Assembly (NCBI GenBank): GCA_963768045.1
Contig: CAVYGG010000005.1
Location: forward strand, 487,269 to 551,268
DNA from: an uncultured Actinomycetota bacterium
Lineage (GTDB): Bacteria; Actinomycetota; Actinomycetes; Propionibacteriales; Nocardioidaceae
DNA length: 64,000 nucleotides
Reading direction: 5' to 3'
The translations under genes and the position numbers were made by a program. Shown piece after piece: positions 49,065 to 57,261 of the stretch (its first letter is position 1; each line of letters begins with the position of its first letter). The notes beneath the pieces were generated by a model. The model did not search any database and was not told the origin of the DNA. It saw only the letters and a program-made list of their open reading frames with translations.

Positions 49065-51758
49065 ATGGAGGGAAAGCAACAGGACGATCCGACCACGGGG
49101 GCCGGTGAGCCGTTCGGCGCGCTCGCACCGTCGACCTGGTTCGGGGTTCCGACAGTGCCGGACGACTACGTCCGCCGCACTCGGGTGTTCCGGTTGCTGG
49201 ACCGTGGCGCGACCTCCCCGTTGGTACTGGTCAGTGCTCCCGCCGGGAGCGGCAAGACGTCGCTCGTAGCGGACTGGGTCAGCCTCCGGGCCTCGGACGA
49301 GCAGACGGAGTGGGTCACGTTCGAGCGGGAGGATGACGCCTTCTGGCCCGGCGTGTTGGGAGGGCTGGCGCGGCTCGGGGTCGACGTACCCTCCCGCTCC
49401 TTCCCGGCAGGCACGCTGGCCGTAGACCGTCAGTTGCTCACCGCTCTCGCGATGGTGATCGCACGAAGCGTCACGCCGTTGACCCTCGTCCTCGACGGAT
49501 ACGAGCTGAGCTCCAGAGATGTCGCCCATGACCTCGACTACCTGCTTCGGCACTCCGGGCGCCGCCTGCACATCGTCCTCGTCACCCGAGTCGACCCCAT
49601 CCTCCCGCTCTACCGCTACCGCCTGGAGGGCTCGCTCACCGAGATCCGCATGGTCGACCTCGCCTTCACCGATGCTGAGGCCGATGAGTTGCTGAGAAGT
49701 GCGGACGTGACACTGACGGCCGACTCGGTCCACGCGCTGAACGAGCGGACGCACGGATGGGTGGCCGGCCTGCGTTTCGCCTCCAAGCTCTTGGTCAACA
49801 GCGATGAGCCGGACGTGGCGGTGTCGCAGGTGGCTGGTGACAGCGGGGACATCGGCGAGTATCTGATGGGGGAGGTGCTCGCGGCTCAGTCGCCCGAGAA
49901 CCGCCACCTCCTGCTGAGTACGAGCATCCCGGCCACGCTCCAGCCCGGCCTCGCCGAAGAGCTCGGAGGGCGGGCCGCGACGCGGATGCTGTCGCTCCTG
50001 GCGAGGGGTAACGCTTTCGTGGAACCCGTGCCTGAGCATCCCGGGTTCTATCGTTACCACCCCTTCTTCAGAGACCTGTTGAGGGCCGAGTTCGCCTACG
50101 AGTCGCCGAAGGAGATGGAGCGGCTGCAGCGCACCGCCGCGGAGTGGCTCGCGCGGGAAGGGCTCTTCGCTGCCAGCATCGGCCACTACGCGGAGATCGG
50201 AGCGTGGGCGGACGCGGCCGGATTGGTCGTGGACGAGCTGGCCTTCGCGCCGCTCTTGACGGGTGGCACCGATGACCCCTTGGCGAAGGTGCTGATGCCG
50301 ATCCCCGAGGAGCTCCGAGATCCCGCTGCGTCCGTCGTACGGGCCGCTCTTGCGCTGGGCAGGGGCGACCCCGAACGCGTCACCACCGAGCTGGCCCAGG
50401 TGCCAGACGCGGAGAGATCAGCGGGCGACGGGCACAACGGAGCTCTCTCCCTGGCCGTCGCCGTCCTCCAGAGCATTCGGGCGCGCGCCTCCGACGACGC
50501 CTACGAGGCGTTCGAGCTTGCCGAGGAAGCGGCAGAGGCTCTCACCGAGCGCCGCCGAGAGACGAGGGCGGAAGCCCAGCACGAGCTCTCCGCCCTGGTG
50601 TTCGCAAGCAAGGGCATTGCAGCGCTGCGCCGAGGTCGACTCAGCCAGGCGCACGATCTCTTCACAGACGGCGCCGAGTCAGCTCACTACCTCGGTTCGG
50701 AGGCGCTCTTCGTCGAATGTCAGGGATACCTGGCCCTCATCGCTGCCCTACGGGACCACCTCTCTGAGGCTGTCCTGCTCGCCGACCAAGCCATCGCGGC
50801 CGCCGACGATGTGGGGATTCGCGTGCGAGACCGATCGGCGGCCCCGCAGGTCGCCCTGGCCTGGGTGGCCATGGAGCGCTACGACCTGAGCGCTGCCGCC
50901 AAGCATGTGAAGCTGGCGAGCCTCTCCGACGCCTTCCTGGGAGATCGGGTACCGGCGGCGATGCTGGCCCTGACCAGATCCCGCCTGCAGGCGGCACGCG
51001 GGGACCTGGACGGCGCGATCACCATCGTGGGTCAGGCATACGAGGGCATCGCCGATGGGACCGATTGGCTCGCCGCGCAGCTGCGGCTCGAGGCCCTGCG
51101 GCTGAGGGTGGCGAACGGGGACGTCGCAGGCGTCGTCCTGGAGACGCGGGATCTGGAGGACGACTACGCGGCCGAGGTGGCGCTGATCGTGGCCGAGGTC
51201 GGGCTGGTCGACGGCGACGACGACGCGGTCACGGAAGCGCTGTCACGTGTCATCGGACACGACAGCCGCCCCGGTGTGCAGATGTCAGCCTGGCTGGTCG
51301 AGGCCGAGCGTCAGCTGCGGAGCGGCTCACCGGCCAAAGCCGGAGCGGCGGTCGAGCGCTCGCTGAGACTGGCCGCTCCCGAGGGCTTCCGTCGGCCGTT
51401 CAACGAGGCCACCGCGGCGGTCACCAGCCTGCTTCCCGGGGACAACGTGATGGCTCGGGGAGTCGCATCGGCGAGGTATCCCCGTCAGACCGCGGCGAGC
51501 GGACGATGGGAGGGAGTCAGCGTCCACTCCCAGACAGCCGTCGCACAGACACTGGTCGTGGAGCACCTCACCGAGAAGGAGCTCGAGGTCCTCGGACACT
51601 TGGCGGAGCTTCTCACGACCGAGGAGATCGCCGAGACGATGTTCGTCTCGGTGAACACCGTCCGGACCCATGTACGCAACATCTTGCGGAAACTCGGCGT
51701 ACCCCGCCGAAACGCGGCCGTACGACGGGCTCGTGAGCTGGACCTCCTGCCCAAGTGA
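49065..51758 (+). CDS. MalT-like large ATP-binding LuxR regulator, copy 2
   Basis: SAPAGSGKTSL, LVLDG, TRVDP, THGWVAGL, YRYHPFF; LTEKELEVL..EEIAETMFVSVNTVRTHVRNILRKL HTH. Confidence 0.94.
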   Translation: MEGKQQDDPTTGAGEPFGALAPSTWFGVPTVPDDYVRRTRVFRLLDRGATSPLVLVSAPAGSGKTSLVADWVSLRASDEQTEWVTFEREDDAFWPGVLGGLARLGVDVPSRSFPAGTLAVDRQLLTALAMVIARSVTPLTLVLDGYELSSRDVAHDLDYLLRHSGRRLHIVLVTRVDPILPLYRYRLEGSLTEIRMVDLAFTDAEADELLRSADVTLTADSVHALNERTHGWVAGLRFASKLLVNSDEPDVAVSQVAGDSGDIGEYLMGEVLAAQSPENRHLLLSTSIPATLQPGLAEELGGRAATRMLSLLARGNAFVEPVPEHPGFYRYHPFFRDLLRAEFAYESPKEMERLQRTAAEWLAREGLFAASIGHYAEIGAWADAAGLVVDELAFAPLLTGGTDDPLAKVLMPIPEELRDPAASVVRAALALGRGDPERVTTELAQVPDAERSAGDGHNGALSLAVAVLQSIRARASDDAYEAFELAEEAAEALTERRRETRAEAQHELSALVFASKGIAALRRGRLSQAHDLFTDGAESAHYLGSEALFVECQGYLALIAALRDHLSEAVLLADQAIAAADDVGIRVRDRSAAPQVALAWVAMERYDLSAAAKHVKLASLSDAFLGDRVPAAMLALTRSRLQAARGDLDGAITIVGQAYEGIADGTDWLAAQLRLEALRLRVANGDVAGVVLETRDLEDDYAAEVALIVAEVGLVDGDDDAVTEALSRVIGHDSRPGVQMSAWLVEAERQLRSGSPAKAGAAVERSLRLAAPEGFRRPFNEATAAVTSLLPGDNVMARGVASARYPRQTAASGRWEGVSVHSQTAVAQTLVVEHLTEKELEVLGHLAELLTTEEIAETMFVSVNTVRTHVRNILRKLGVPRRNAAVRRARELDLLPK

Positions 51759-51776
51759 GCAGTCACCCGAGGCCGT

Positions 51777-51793
51777 TCATCCCAAAGGGATGA
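51777..51793. promoter_or_regulatory. Palindromic motif TCATCC-CAAAG-GGATGA (regulon box, exact)
   Basis: Directly after the regulator 2 stop and upstream of the small-protein/cls genes; extra half-site TCACCC at 51763. Confidence 0.72.
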
Positions 51794-51852
51794 GGCGATC
51801 AGCAGCCCGGCACGGTGCCCTGATCCCAGAGCCCCTGACACGAGGCCGGGAC

Positions 51853-52104
51853 ATGGTGGCGATGACCGACGACAGAATGTACGAAGTGCGCATCACCGGC
51901 GCACTGCCTGACGTCGCCCTGGACGGTCTGGACGATGTCGAGGTGGCGCGGAAGGAGATGCGCACCGTGTTGAGCGGCCGCTTCGCCGACCAAGCCGCCC
52001 TCTATGGCTTTCTCAATCGGCTCCGGTCCCTGGGACTGGAAGTGGTCGAGGTCCGGCAGGTGGCGGACACGCCGGAGCCCCGAACCGAGGATGGAACGTC
52101 ATGA
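51853..52104 (+). CDS. Small hypothetical protein of the 'DQAALxG' type
   Basis: YEVRITG...TVLSGRFADQAALYGFLNRLRSLGLEVVEVR. Confidence 0.78.
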   Translation: MVAMTDDRMYEVRITGALPDVALDGLDDVEVARKEMRTVLSGRFADQAALYGFLNRLRSLGLEVVEVRQVADTPEPRTEDGTS

Positions 52105-52325
52105 GCCGGCCAAGTGGCGACGACGGATCGCTCTACGAGCTGACGATCATGGGTTCGATCGGTCCGGTCTTCCGGTCGGCCCTGACTCCGGCCGGAGTGT
52201 CCAGATCCGAGGTCTGCACGATCCTCCGCGCCGGCCACGCCTCGGGTCGGGACCTGGTGGATCTCCTTCTTCTCATCCAGGAGAAGGGATTGACGGTTGA
52301 AGGTGCGTTCGCGATCGAACGGTGA
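52101..52325 (+). CDS. Small hypothetical protein, probable distant paralog of the preceding gene
   Basis: YELTIMGSIGP...TILRA..DLVDLLLLIQEKGLTV; ATGA coupling. Confidence 0.65.
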   Translation: MSRPSGDDGSLYELTIMGSIGPVFRSALTPAGVSRSEVCTILRAGHASGRDLVDLLLLIQEKGLTVEGAFAIER

Positions 52326-52349
52326 CCGCTCGGCGCCGAGCCTCGGGGA

Positions 52350-53885
52350 GTGGACCGATACGCCCGGGCGGCCAGGGACGTGACGAGCGCACCAGGTGTC
52401 GTCCGGCTCCTCGCAACACCGGGGTGGCTCAGCTCCATGCCGGTGCTGGTCGGACTGTGCTTGCTCGTCCTGGACCTCGGGCTGCGGGTGGCGGTCCTCG
52501 GGATCATCCCGAGCAACCGGAAACCGTCGTCCGCGATGGCCTGGCTGCTGCTGATCTTTCTGGTTCCTTTGCCAGGGATCGGGCTCTTCCTCCTGCTCGG
52601 GAGCAACCGGGTGGGTCGGCGTCGGCACACGAAGCAGGCGGAGGTGAACGCCCGGATCCAGGAGCGTACCGCCCACGTGGTGACTCTGGACGCAGACGAG
52701 CCGGGCCCGGCGTACGTGCAGTCCGTGACCACTCTCAACCGGCACCTGGGAACCCTGCCGGCCTTCGGCGGCAACTCCGTGGAGCTGCTCCCGGACTACG
52801 CGGAGTCGATCGCAGCGATGATCGGGGAGATCAACGAAGCCAAGACATTCGTGCACGTGCAGTTCTACATCACGGCCTGGGACGACCTGACCGGGCCGTT
52901 CTTCGACGCGTTGGTGGCCGCGAGTGCGCGGGGAGTGGTGACCCGGTTGCTGTTCGACCATCTGGGCTCACGGGGGATTCCGGGCTACAAGGGCATGCTG
53001 GAACGTCTGGCCGGGACCGCGATCGACTGGCGTCCCATGCTCCCGATCCATCCCCTGAAGGGGGAGTTCAGGCGGCCTGACCTGCGCAACCACCGGAAGA
53101 TCCTGGTGGTCGACGGCCGGGTCGCGTTCGCCGGGTCGCAGAACCTCGTAGAGCCTGGCTACAACAAGCCGAAGAACCACGCAGCCGGTCGGGAGTGGGT
53201 CGAGCTGATGGCTCGTGTCGAGGGACCGGTGGTGGCGGCTCTCGACGCCGTCTTCGCCAGCGACTGGTACAGCGAGTCCGACCAGAGCCTGGCCGACGAG
53301 CTCGTGGTTCCGGAGCAGGTGCCGCGGGGAGGTGAGCTCACCTGTCAGGTGATCCCGAGCGGCCCGGGCTTCGTCGCCGAGAACAACCTGCGCGCCTTCA
53401 CGACCCTGATCTACTCAGCGCAGCGTCGCGTGTCCTTGACCAGCCCCTACTTCGTTCCGGACGAGTCACTGCTGTACGCCGTGACCACCGCCGCGCAGCG
53501 CGGTGTGGAGGTGGAGCTGTTCGTCAGCGAGGAAGGCGACCAGTTCATGGTGTACCACGCCCAGTGCTCGTACTACCGCGCCCTCCTGGAGTCCGGCGTC
53601 CGGATCTACCTGTACCCCGCGCCCTACGTGCTGCACTCCAAGCACTTCACCATCGATGACGACGTGGCGGTCCTGGGGTCGAGCAACATGGACATGCGCT
53701 CGTTCGGGTTGAACTACGAGGTCTCGCTGATGGTCCTGGGTCCCGACATCGTGAGGCGCATGCGCACGGTCGAGGACCGGTACCGGGAGGGGTCTCGCGA
53801 GCTCACCCTGGACGAGTGGGGCCGACGGACCTACCGGTCGCGATGGCTGGACAACGTGATGCGCCTGACCGCTGCCCTGCAGTAG
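52350..53885 (+). CDS. cls: Cardiolipin synthase (start uncertain)
   Basis: Two HKD motifs NHRKILVVDG and LHSKHFTIDD; SPYFVP; GSSNMDMRSF..NYE; N-terminal TM/PLDc_N region. Confidence 0.93.
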   Translation: MDRYARAARDVTSAPGVVRLLATPGWLSSMPVLVGLCLLVLDLGLRVAVLGIIPSNRKPSSAMAWLLLIFLVPLPGIGLFLLLGSNRVGRRRHTKQAEVNARIQERTAHVVTLDADEPGPAYVQSVTTLNRHLGTLPAFGGNSVELLPDYAESIAAMIGEINEAKTFVHVQFYITAWDDLTGPFFDALVAASARGVVTRLLFDHLGSRGIPGYKGMLERLAGTAIDWRPMLPIHPLKGEFRRPDLRNHRKILVVDGRVAFAGSQNLVEPGYNKPKNHAAGREWVELMARVEGPVVAALDAVFASDWYSESDQSLADELVVPEQVPRGGELTCQVIPSGPGFVAENNLRAFTTLIYSAQRRVSLTSPYFVPDESLLYAVTTAAQRGVEVELFVSEEGDQFMVYHAQCSYYRALLESGVRIYLYPAPYVLHSKHFTIDDDVAVLGSSNMDMRSFGLNYEVSLMVLGPDIVRRMRTVEDRYREGSRELTLDEWGRRTYRSRWLDNVMRLTAALQ

Positions 53886-53925
53886 CGGTTGCGGCGCTCG
53901 ACGCCTGTCCTCGACCGCCCAGCGT

Positions 53926-53942
53926 TCATCCGCCACGGAGGA
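53926..53942. promoter_or_regulatory. Regulon box TCATCC-GCCAC-GGAGGA
   Basis: One mismatch; upstream of the SHOCT/HerA-like genes. Confidence 0.55.
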
Positions 53943-54032
53943 GGCGAAACCCCGGTCGCGTCGACAGTTTGATCCTGCGGCAATTGCCCGCCTGACGACC
54001 CGTGCCGTGACGACACAAGGAGAAACACGCCG

Positions 54033-54419
54033 ATGGACGACTTCGGTCTTTGGGACGTCTTCCTCTCGATGTTCTGGTTCATGCTGCTGTTCGCGTGGAT
54101 CTGGTTGATCATCAGCATCTTCGGAGACATCTTCCGCGATCGAGAGCTCGGTGGCTGGGCGAAGGCGTTGTGGACGTTGTTCCTGATCTTCGCTCCGTGG
54201 TTGGGGGCGATCGTCTACCTCATCGTGCGTGGGAACTCGATGAACGTGCGCTCGCTGCAGGCTGCGCAGGAGCGGGATGCCAGCATGCGTGCCTACGTGC
54301 AGCAGGCCGCAGGCACGACGAGCACCGCTGACGAGCTCCGGCAGCTCGGAGAGCTCCACGCGGCGGGGACGATCACGGACGAGGACTACGCGCGGGCCAA
54401 GGCCAAGGTCCTGGCCTGA
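54033..54419 (+). CDS. PLDc_N + SHOCT domain membrane protein (paralog of 14897..15313)
   Basis: DIFRDRELGGWAKALW..; DELRQLGELHAAGTITDEDYARAKAKVL. Confidence 0.88.
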   Translation: MDDFGLWDVFLSMFWFMLLFAWIWLIISIFGDIFRDRELGGWAKALWTLFLIFAPWLGAIVYLIVRGNSMNVRSLQAAQERDASMRAYVQQAAGTTSTADELRQLGELHAAGTITDEDYARAKAKVLA

Positions 54420-54437
54420 CGGTGTGGGGTCGCCTCA

Positions 54438-55943
54438 GTGGAGATCGCTGACCGCCTGGCTCAGCAGGTGGCCGAGTACCGGCAGGTCCGTGACCACCTC
54501 GAGCGTGGCGTGCTGCCGTTGGCCACGTCCCTCGACGGGCGCTCGTTCGAATTCCAGGCGTCGCTCCACGGCCTGGATCTGACGCGCGGCGCCTATGTGA
54601 GCCTCGAAACGGAGGAAGGCAGCCGGCTCGGCCAGATCACCGACCTCACTCACACGACTGAGCGGGCGGACGTCGAGGCGGCGACCGGCGGTGGCTCCTC
54701 GGGCGTTCTCCTGCGTATGGCCGGTGGGACGGGCCTGGTCCTCGACGTCGATGCCCCGCCGTTCCACGATGCGCGGATCCGGCCTGCCGATCCGCGCGAG
54801 GTCGCCGCCTGGTTCGAGCACGCGGCGCCCCGAGATCGAGCGGGGCTGATCGCGGGTGAGTTCCTCCTCGCCGGCGGCGTCCCGGCGGTCCTCGACAGTG
54901 GCGGGTTCAGCCGGCACACGTTCATGTGCGGGCAGTCGGGCTCCGGCAAGACGTACTCCCTGGGCCTCCTCCTCGAGCGGGTGCTCGCACAGACAACCCT
55001 GCGCATGGTGATCCTCGACCCGAACTCGGACTTCGTGGGACTGGGCCGCCTCCGCGACGACGCCGAGGCGGACTCCTCCGCCGCCTACGAACGTGTCCAG
55101 GAGGAGGTTCTCGTCTGGAGTCACGGTGTCAGCGGTGATCGGGAGCTGCGCCTCCGGTTCGCCGAGCTGGACTTCGCCATCCAGGGCGCGCTGCTCGACC
55201 TCGACCCGATCCGTGACCGGGAGGAGTACGCCGTATTGTCGGACCTGCTCCGCGCGGCAGACGACGGGGCGCCGCTGATCACCGGCCTCGAGCAACTGAC
55301 GGAATCGGGATCGGAGGATGCCCGGCGGCTCGGGATGCGGGCGAGCAACCTCGGGGTGCTCCAGTGGGGCATCTGGGACCCGCAGCAGCGGTCGCTCATC
55401 CAGGAGCTGCGCGAGCCGAGCACGCGGTGCACGGTGGTGGACCTCGGCTCACTCGAGACAGTCGGGGAGCAGCGAGTCGTCGCCGCGGCGGTCCTGTCGA
55501 CCCTGTGGGACACGAGGCTGTCTCGTGAACCGTGTCTCATCGTCATCGACGAGGCTCACAACATCTGTCCTGCCGAACCGGCTGACCCGCTCAGCCGGAT
55601 CTCGACGGGTCGTGCGGTCCAGATCGCCGCAGAAGGGCGCAAGTACGGGCTCTACCTGCTCACCTCCACCCAGCGACCGGACAAGGTCCACGAGAACGTC
55701 GTCTCACAGTGCGACAACCTTCTCCTGATGCGGATGAACTCAGAAGCCGATGTGGCCACGCTCCGCACGATCTTCTCGTTCATCCCGCCAGGTCTGATGG
55801 CCGGAGCGACGTCGTTTCGCTTGGGGCAGGCGTTGGTGGGCGGCAGGATCTTTCCGCAGAGCGGCTACCTGCAGATGGGTCGACGGGTTTCCCAGGAGGG
55901 GGGCCTTGACGTCCCGACGAGCTGGGCTACCCCGCGCGGATGA
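54438..55943 (+). CDS. HerA/DUF87-like P-loop ATPase
   Basis: RHTFMCGQSGSGKT, ILDPNSDF, IVIDEAHN, EGRKYG, STQRP. Confidence 0.88.
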   Translation: MEIADRLAQQVAEYRQVRDHLERGVLPLATSLDGRSFEFQASLHGLDLTRGAYVSLETEEGSRLGQITDLTHTTERADVEAATGGGSSGVLLRMAGGTGLVLDVDAPPFHDARIRPADPREVAAWFEHAAPRDRAGLIAGEFLLAGGVPAVLDSGGFSRHTFMCGQSGSGKTYSLGLLLERVLAQTTLRMVILDPNSDFVGLGRLRDDAEADSSAAYERVQEEVLVWSHGVSGDRELRLRFAELDFAIQGALLDLDPIRDREEYAVLSDLLRAADDGAPLITGLEQLTESGSEDARRLGMRASNLGVLQWGIWDPQQRSLIQELREPSTRCTVVDLGSLETVGEQRVVAAAVLSTLWDTRLSREPCLIVIDEAHNICPAEPADPLSRISTGRAVQIAAEGRKYGLYLLTSTQRPDKVHENVVSQCDNLLLMRMNSEADVATLRTIFSFIPPGLMAGATSFRLGQALVGGRIFPQSGYLQMGRRVSQEGGLDVPTSWATPRG

Positions 55944-55967
55944 GACCCCGCGTCTGGATTCGCGCTC

Positions 55968-56246
55968 TCAGACCAGAGGGTCACCCTCGGACTCGGCCTC
56001 CGGCCGCGGGACCAACGGCTCCCACTTGAGCTGGAACTCGATCTCCTCCTCGTCCTTACCGCGTTCGTGCTCGACGGAGAACTGGGCACGCCGAGGCACG
56101 CGGATGCGTTCACCTGCGACCTGGACACGGAACGGCTTGCCCGACTCGAGGGCGTCCGCCAGACGTCGTAGCTTCGCCACGACCTCCGGAATGGAATAGA
56201 TGAGTTCCACATCGCGAGGGGCTTTGTCCATGAGGTTCCGTTTCAT
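55968..56246 (-). CDS. Amphi-Trp domain protein
   Basis: VAKLRRLADALE..F.VQVAGERIRVP...VEHER...EIEFQLKW. Confidence 0.82.
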   Translation of the reverse strand: MKRNLMDKAPRDVELIYSIPEVVAKLRRLADALESGKPFRVQVAGERIRVPRRAQFSVEHERGKDEEEIEFQLKWEPLVPRPEAESEGDPLV

Positions 56247-56273
56247 CGTGGGCACGCGAAACCGCGCACCACA

Positions 56274-56290
56274 TCATCCTGAGCGGGTGA
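56274..56290. promoter_or_regulatory. Palindromic motif TCATCC-TGAGC-GGGTGA (regulon box, exact)
   Basis: In the short gap upstream of the amphi-Trp gene. Confidence 0.7.
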
Positions 56291-56307
56291 GGCCCGACGC
56301 GGACGGC

Positions 56308-56577
56308 TTAACCGAGGATCCTGGCCTTCTGCTCAGCGAACTCCTCGTCCGTGAGGATCCCCTTGGCATGCAGCTCACCGAGCTGGGTCAGCAGCACCAC
56401 CGGGTCAGGGGCCGCCTCCGCTGGAGCCGGCGGGGGTGGAGCCGGGGCGGCCTGCTCCTGCTGGCCCCCCTGCGCGGCCCAGCGGTTCGCCTGGCGTCGA
56501 GACACGTTGTTGGAGACGTGGGTGGCCGTGCCCGCGATCACTGCGGTCCGGGCGACTCCCCGGAGTAGTCCTGGCAT
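56308..56577 (-). CDS. SHOCT domain protein
   Basis: MPGLLRGVARTAVIAGTAT.VS; Pro/Gln linker; LGELHAKGILTDEEFAEQKARIL. Confidence 0.88.
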   Translation of the reverse strand: MPGLLRGVARTAVIAGTATHVSNNVSRRQANRWAAQGGQQEQAAPAPPPPAPAEAAPDPVVLLTQLGELHAKGILTDEEFAEQKARILG

Positions 56578-56643
56578 CTTCTTGCTTCCTTCGTGTTGGA
56601 ACGGATGTGCCTGGGTGTCATGCGCAAGCCTCGTGGAGGGGCG

Positions 56644-57081
56644 TCAGCGTGCTTCCGCGCCCTCGATGGACGAGAGCAGATCAGTGGGTGACACGCGTCC
56701 ACTGGCCACGAGCTCAGCACCCCCGCGTCGCAGGGCAGCTACGAACGGTGCGGCCCACCGGTTCTCGTAGATGAGGATCCCGGCCGAGCTGTTCGGTTCC
56801 ATGACAGACCCGGCGTCATTCATGTCGTCGTCGCCCAGCAGGCCGGACGAGGCGCCCTCGAACACCGCGAGATCGAGGTCGCCGTCGCCGTCGAAGTCGG
56901 CGATCTGGAGAGCAGTCACCGAGCCGTCCGCGTCCTTGCGCACGAACATCAGGTCCAGGATCCGGATGATCCCGCGATCCACGAGATCGACCAGGATCGG
57001 GAAACCCTCCCCGGTCATCTTGTTCCCAGGAAATTCCACGACCAGGTAGTCGACCGGGCCGAGCTCGTCTTCGTCCGCCAT
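56644..57081 (-). CDS. DUF6325-like protein
   Basis: LGPVDYLVVEFPG, LVDRGIIRILDL, YENRWAAPF..ALRR.G. Confidence 0.8.
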   Translation of the reverse strand: MADEDELGPVDYLVVEFPGNKMTGEGFPILVDLVDRGIIRILDLMFVRKDADGSVTALQIADFDGDGDLDLAVFEGASSGLLGDDDMNDAGSVMEPNSSAGILIYENRWAAPFVAALRRGGAELVASGRVSPTDLLSSIEGAEAR

Positions 57082-57186
57082 CTCTGCGCCACCATCCGTG
57101 TCGATCATGTCTGGCTCTCGCCACTCATCAGGTCCGACGTTAGGAGCAGCCGCCAAATCGGTCCTCATCCTCCGGTGAGGAGTTTC

Positions 57187-57203
57187 TCGTCTGCCTCGGA
57201 TGA
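57187..57203. promoter_or_regulatory. Degenerate regulon box TCGTCT-GCCTC-GGATGA
   Basis: In a divergent intergenic region; extra half-site TCATCC at 57165. Confidence 0.5.
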
Positions 57204-57261
57204 GGTCGCTGCCTCCCGCCGCCGGGCACCATGACGATCGGATTCCTGGATCGAGTTGGCG

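Noticed and set aside
54438-55943. HerA-based anti-phage defence system
   Set aside because: No adjacent NurA, SIR2 or nuclease effector; the MBL hydrolase is about 6 kb away and in a different transcription unit.
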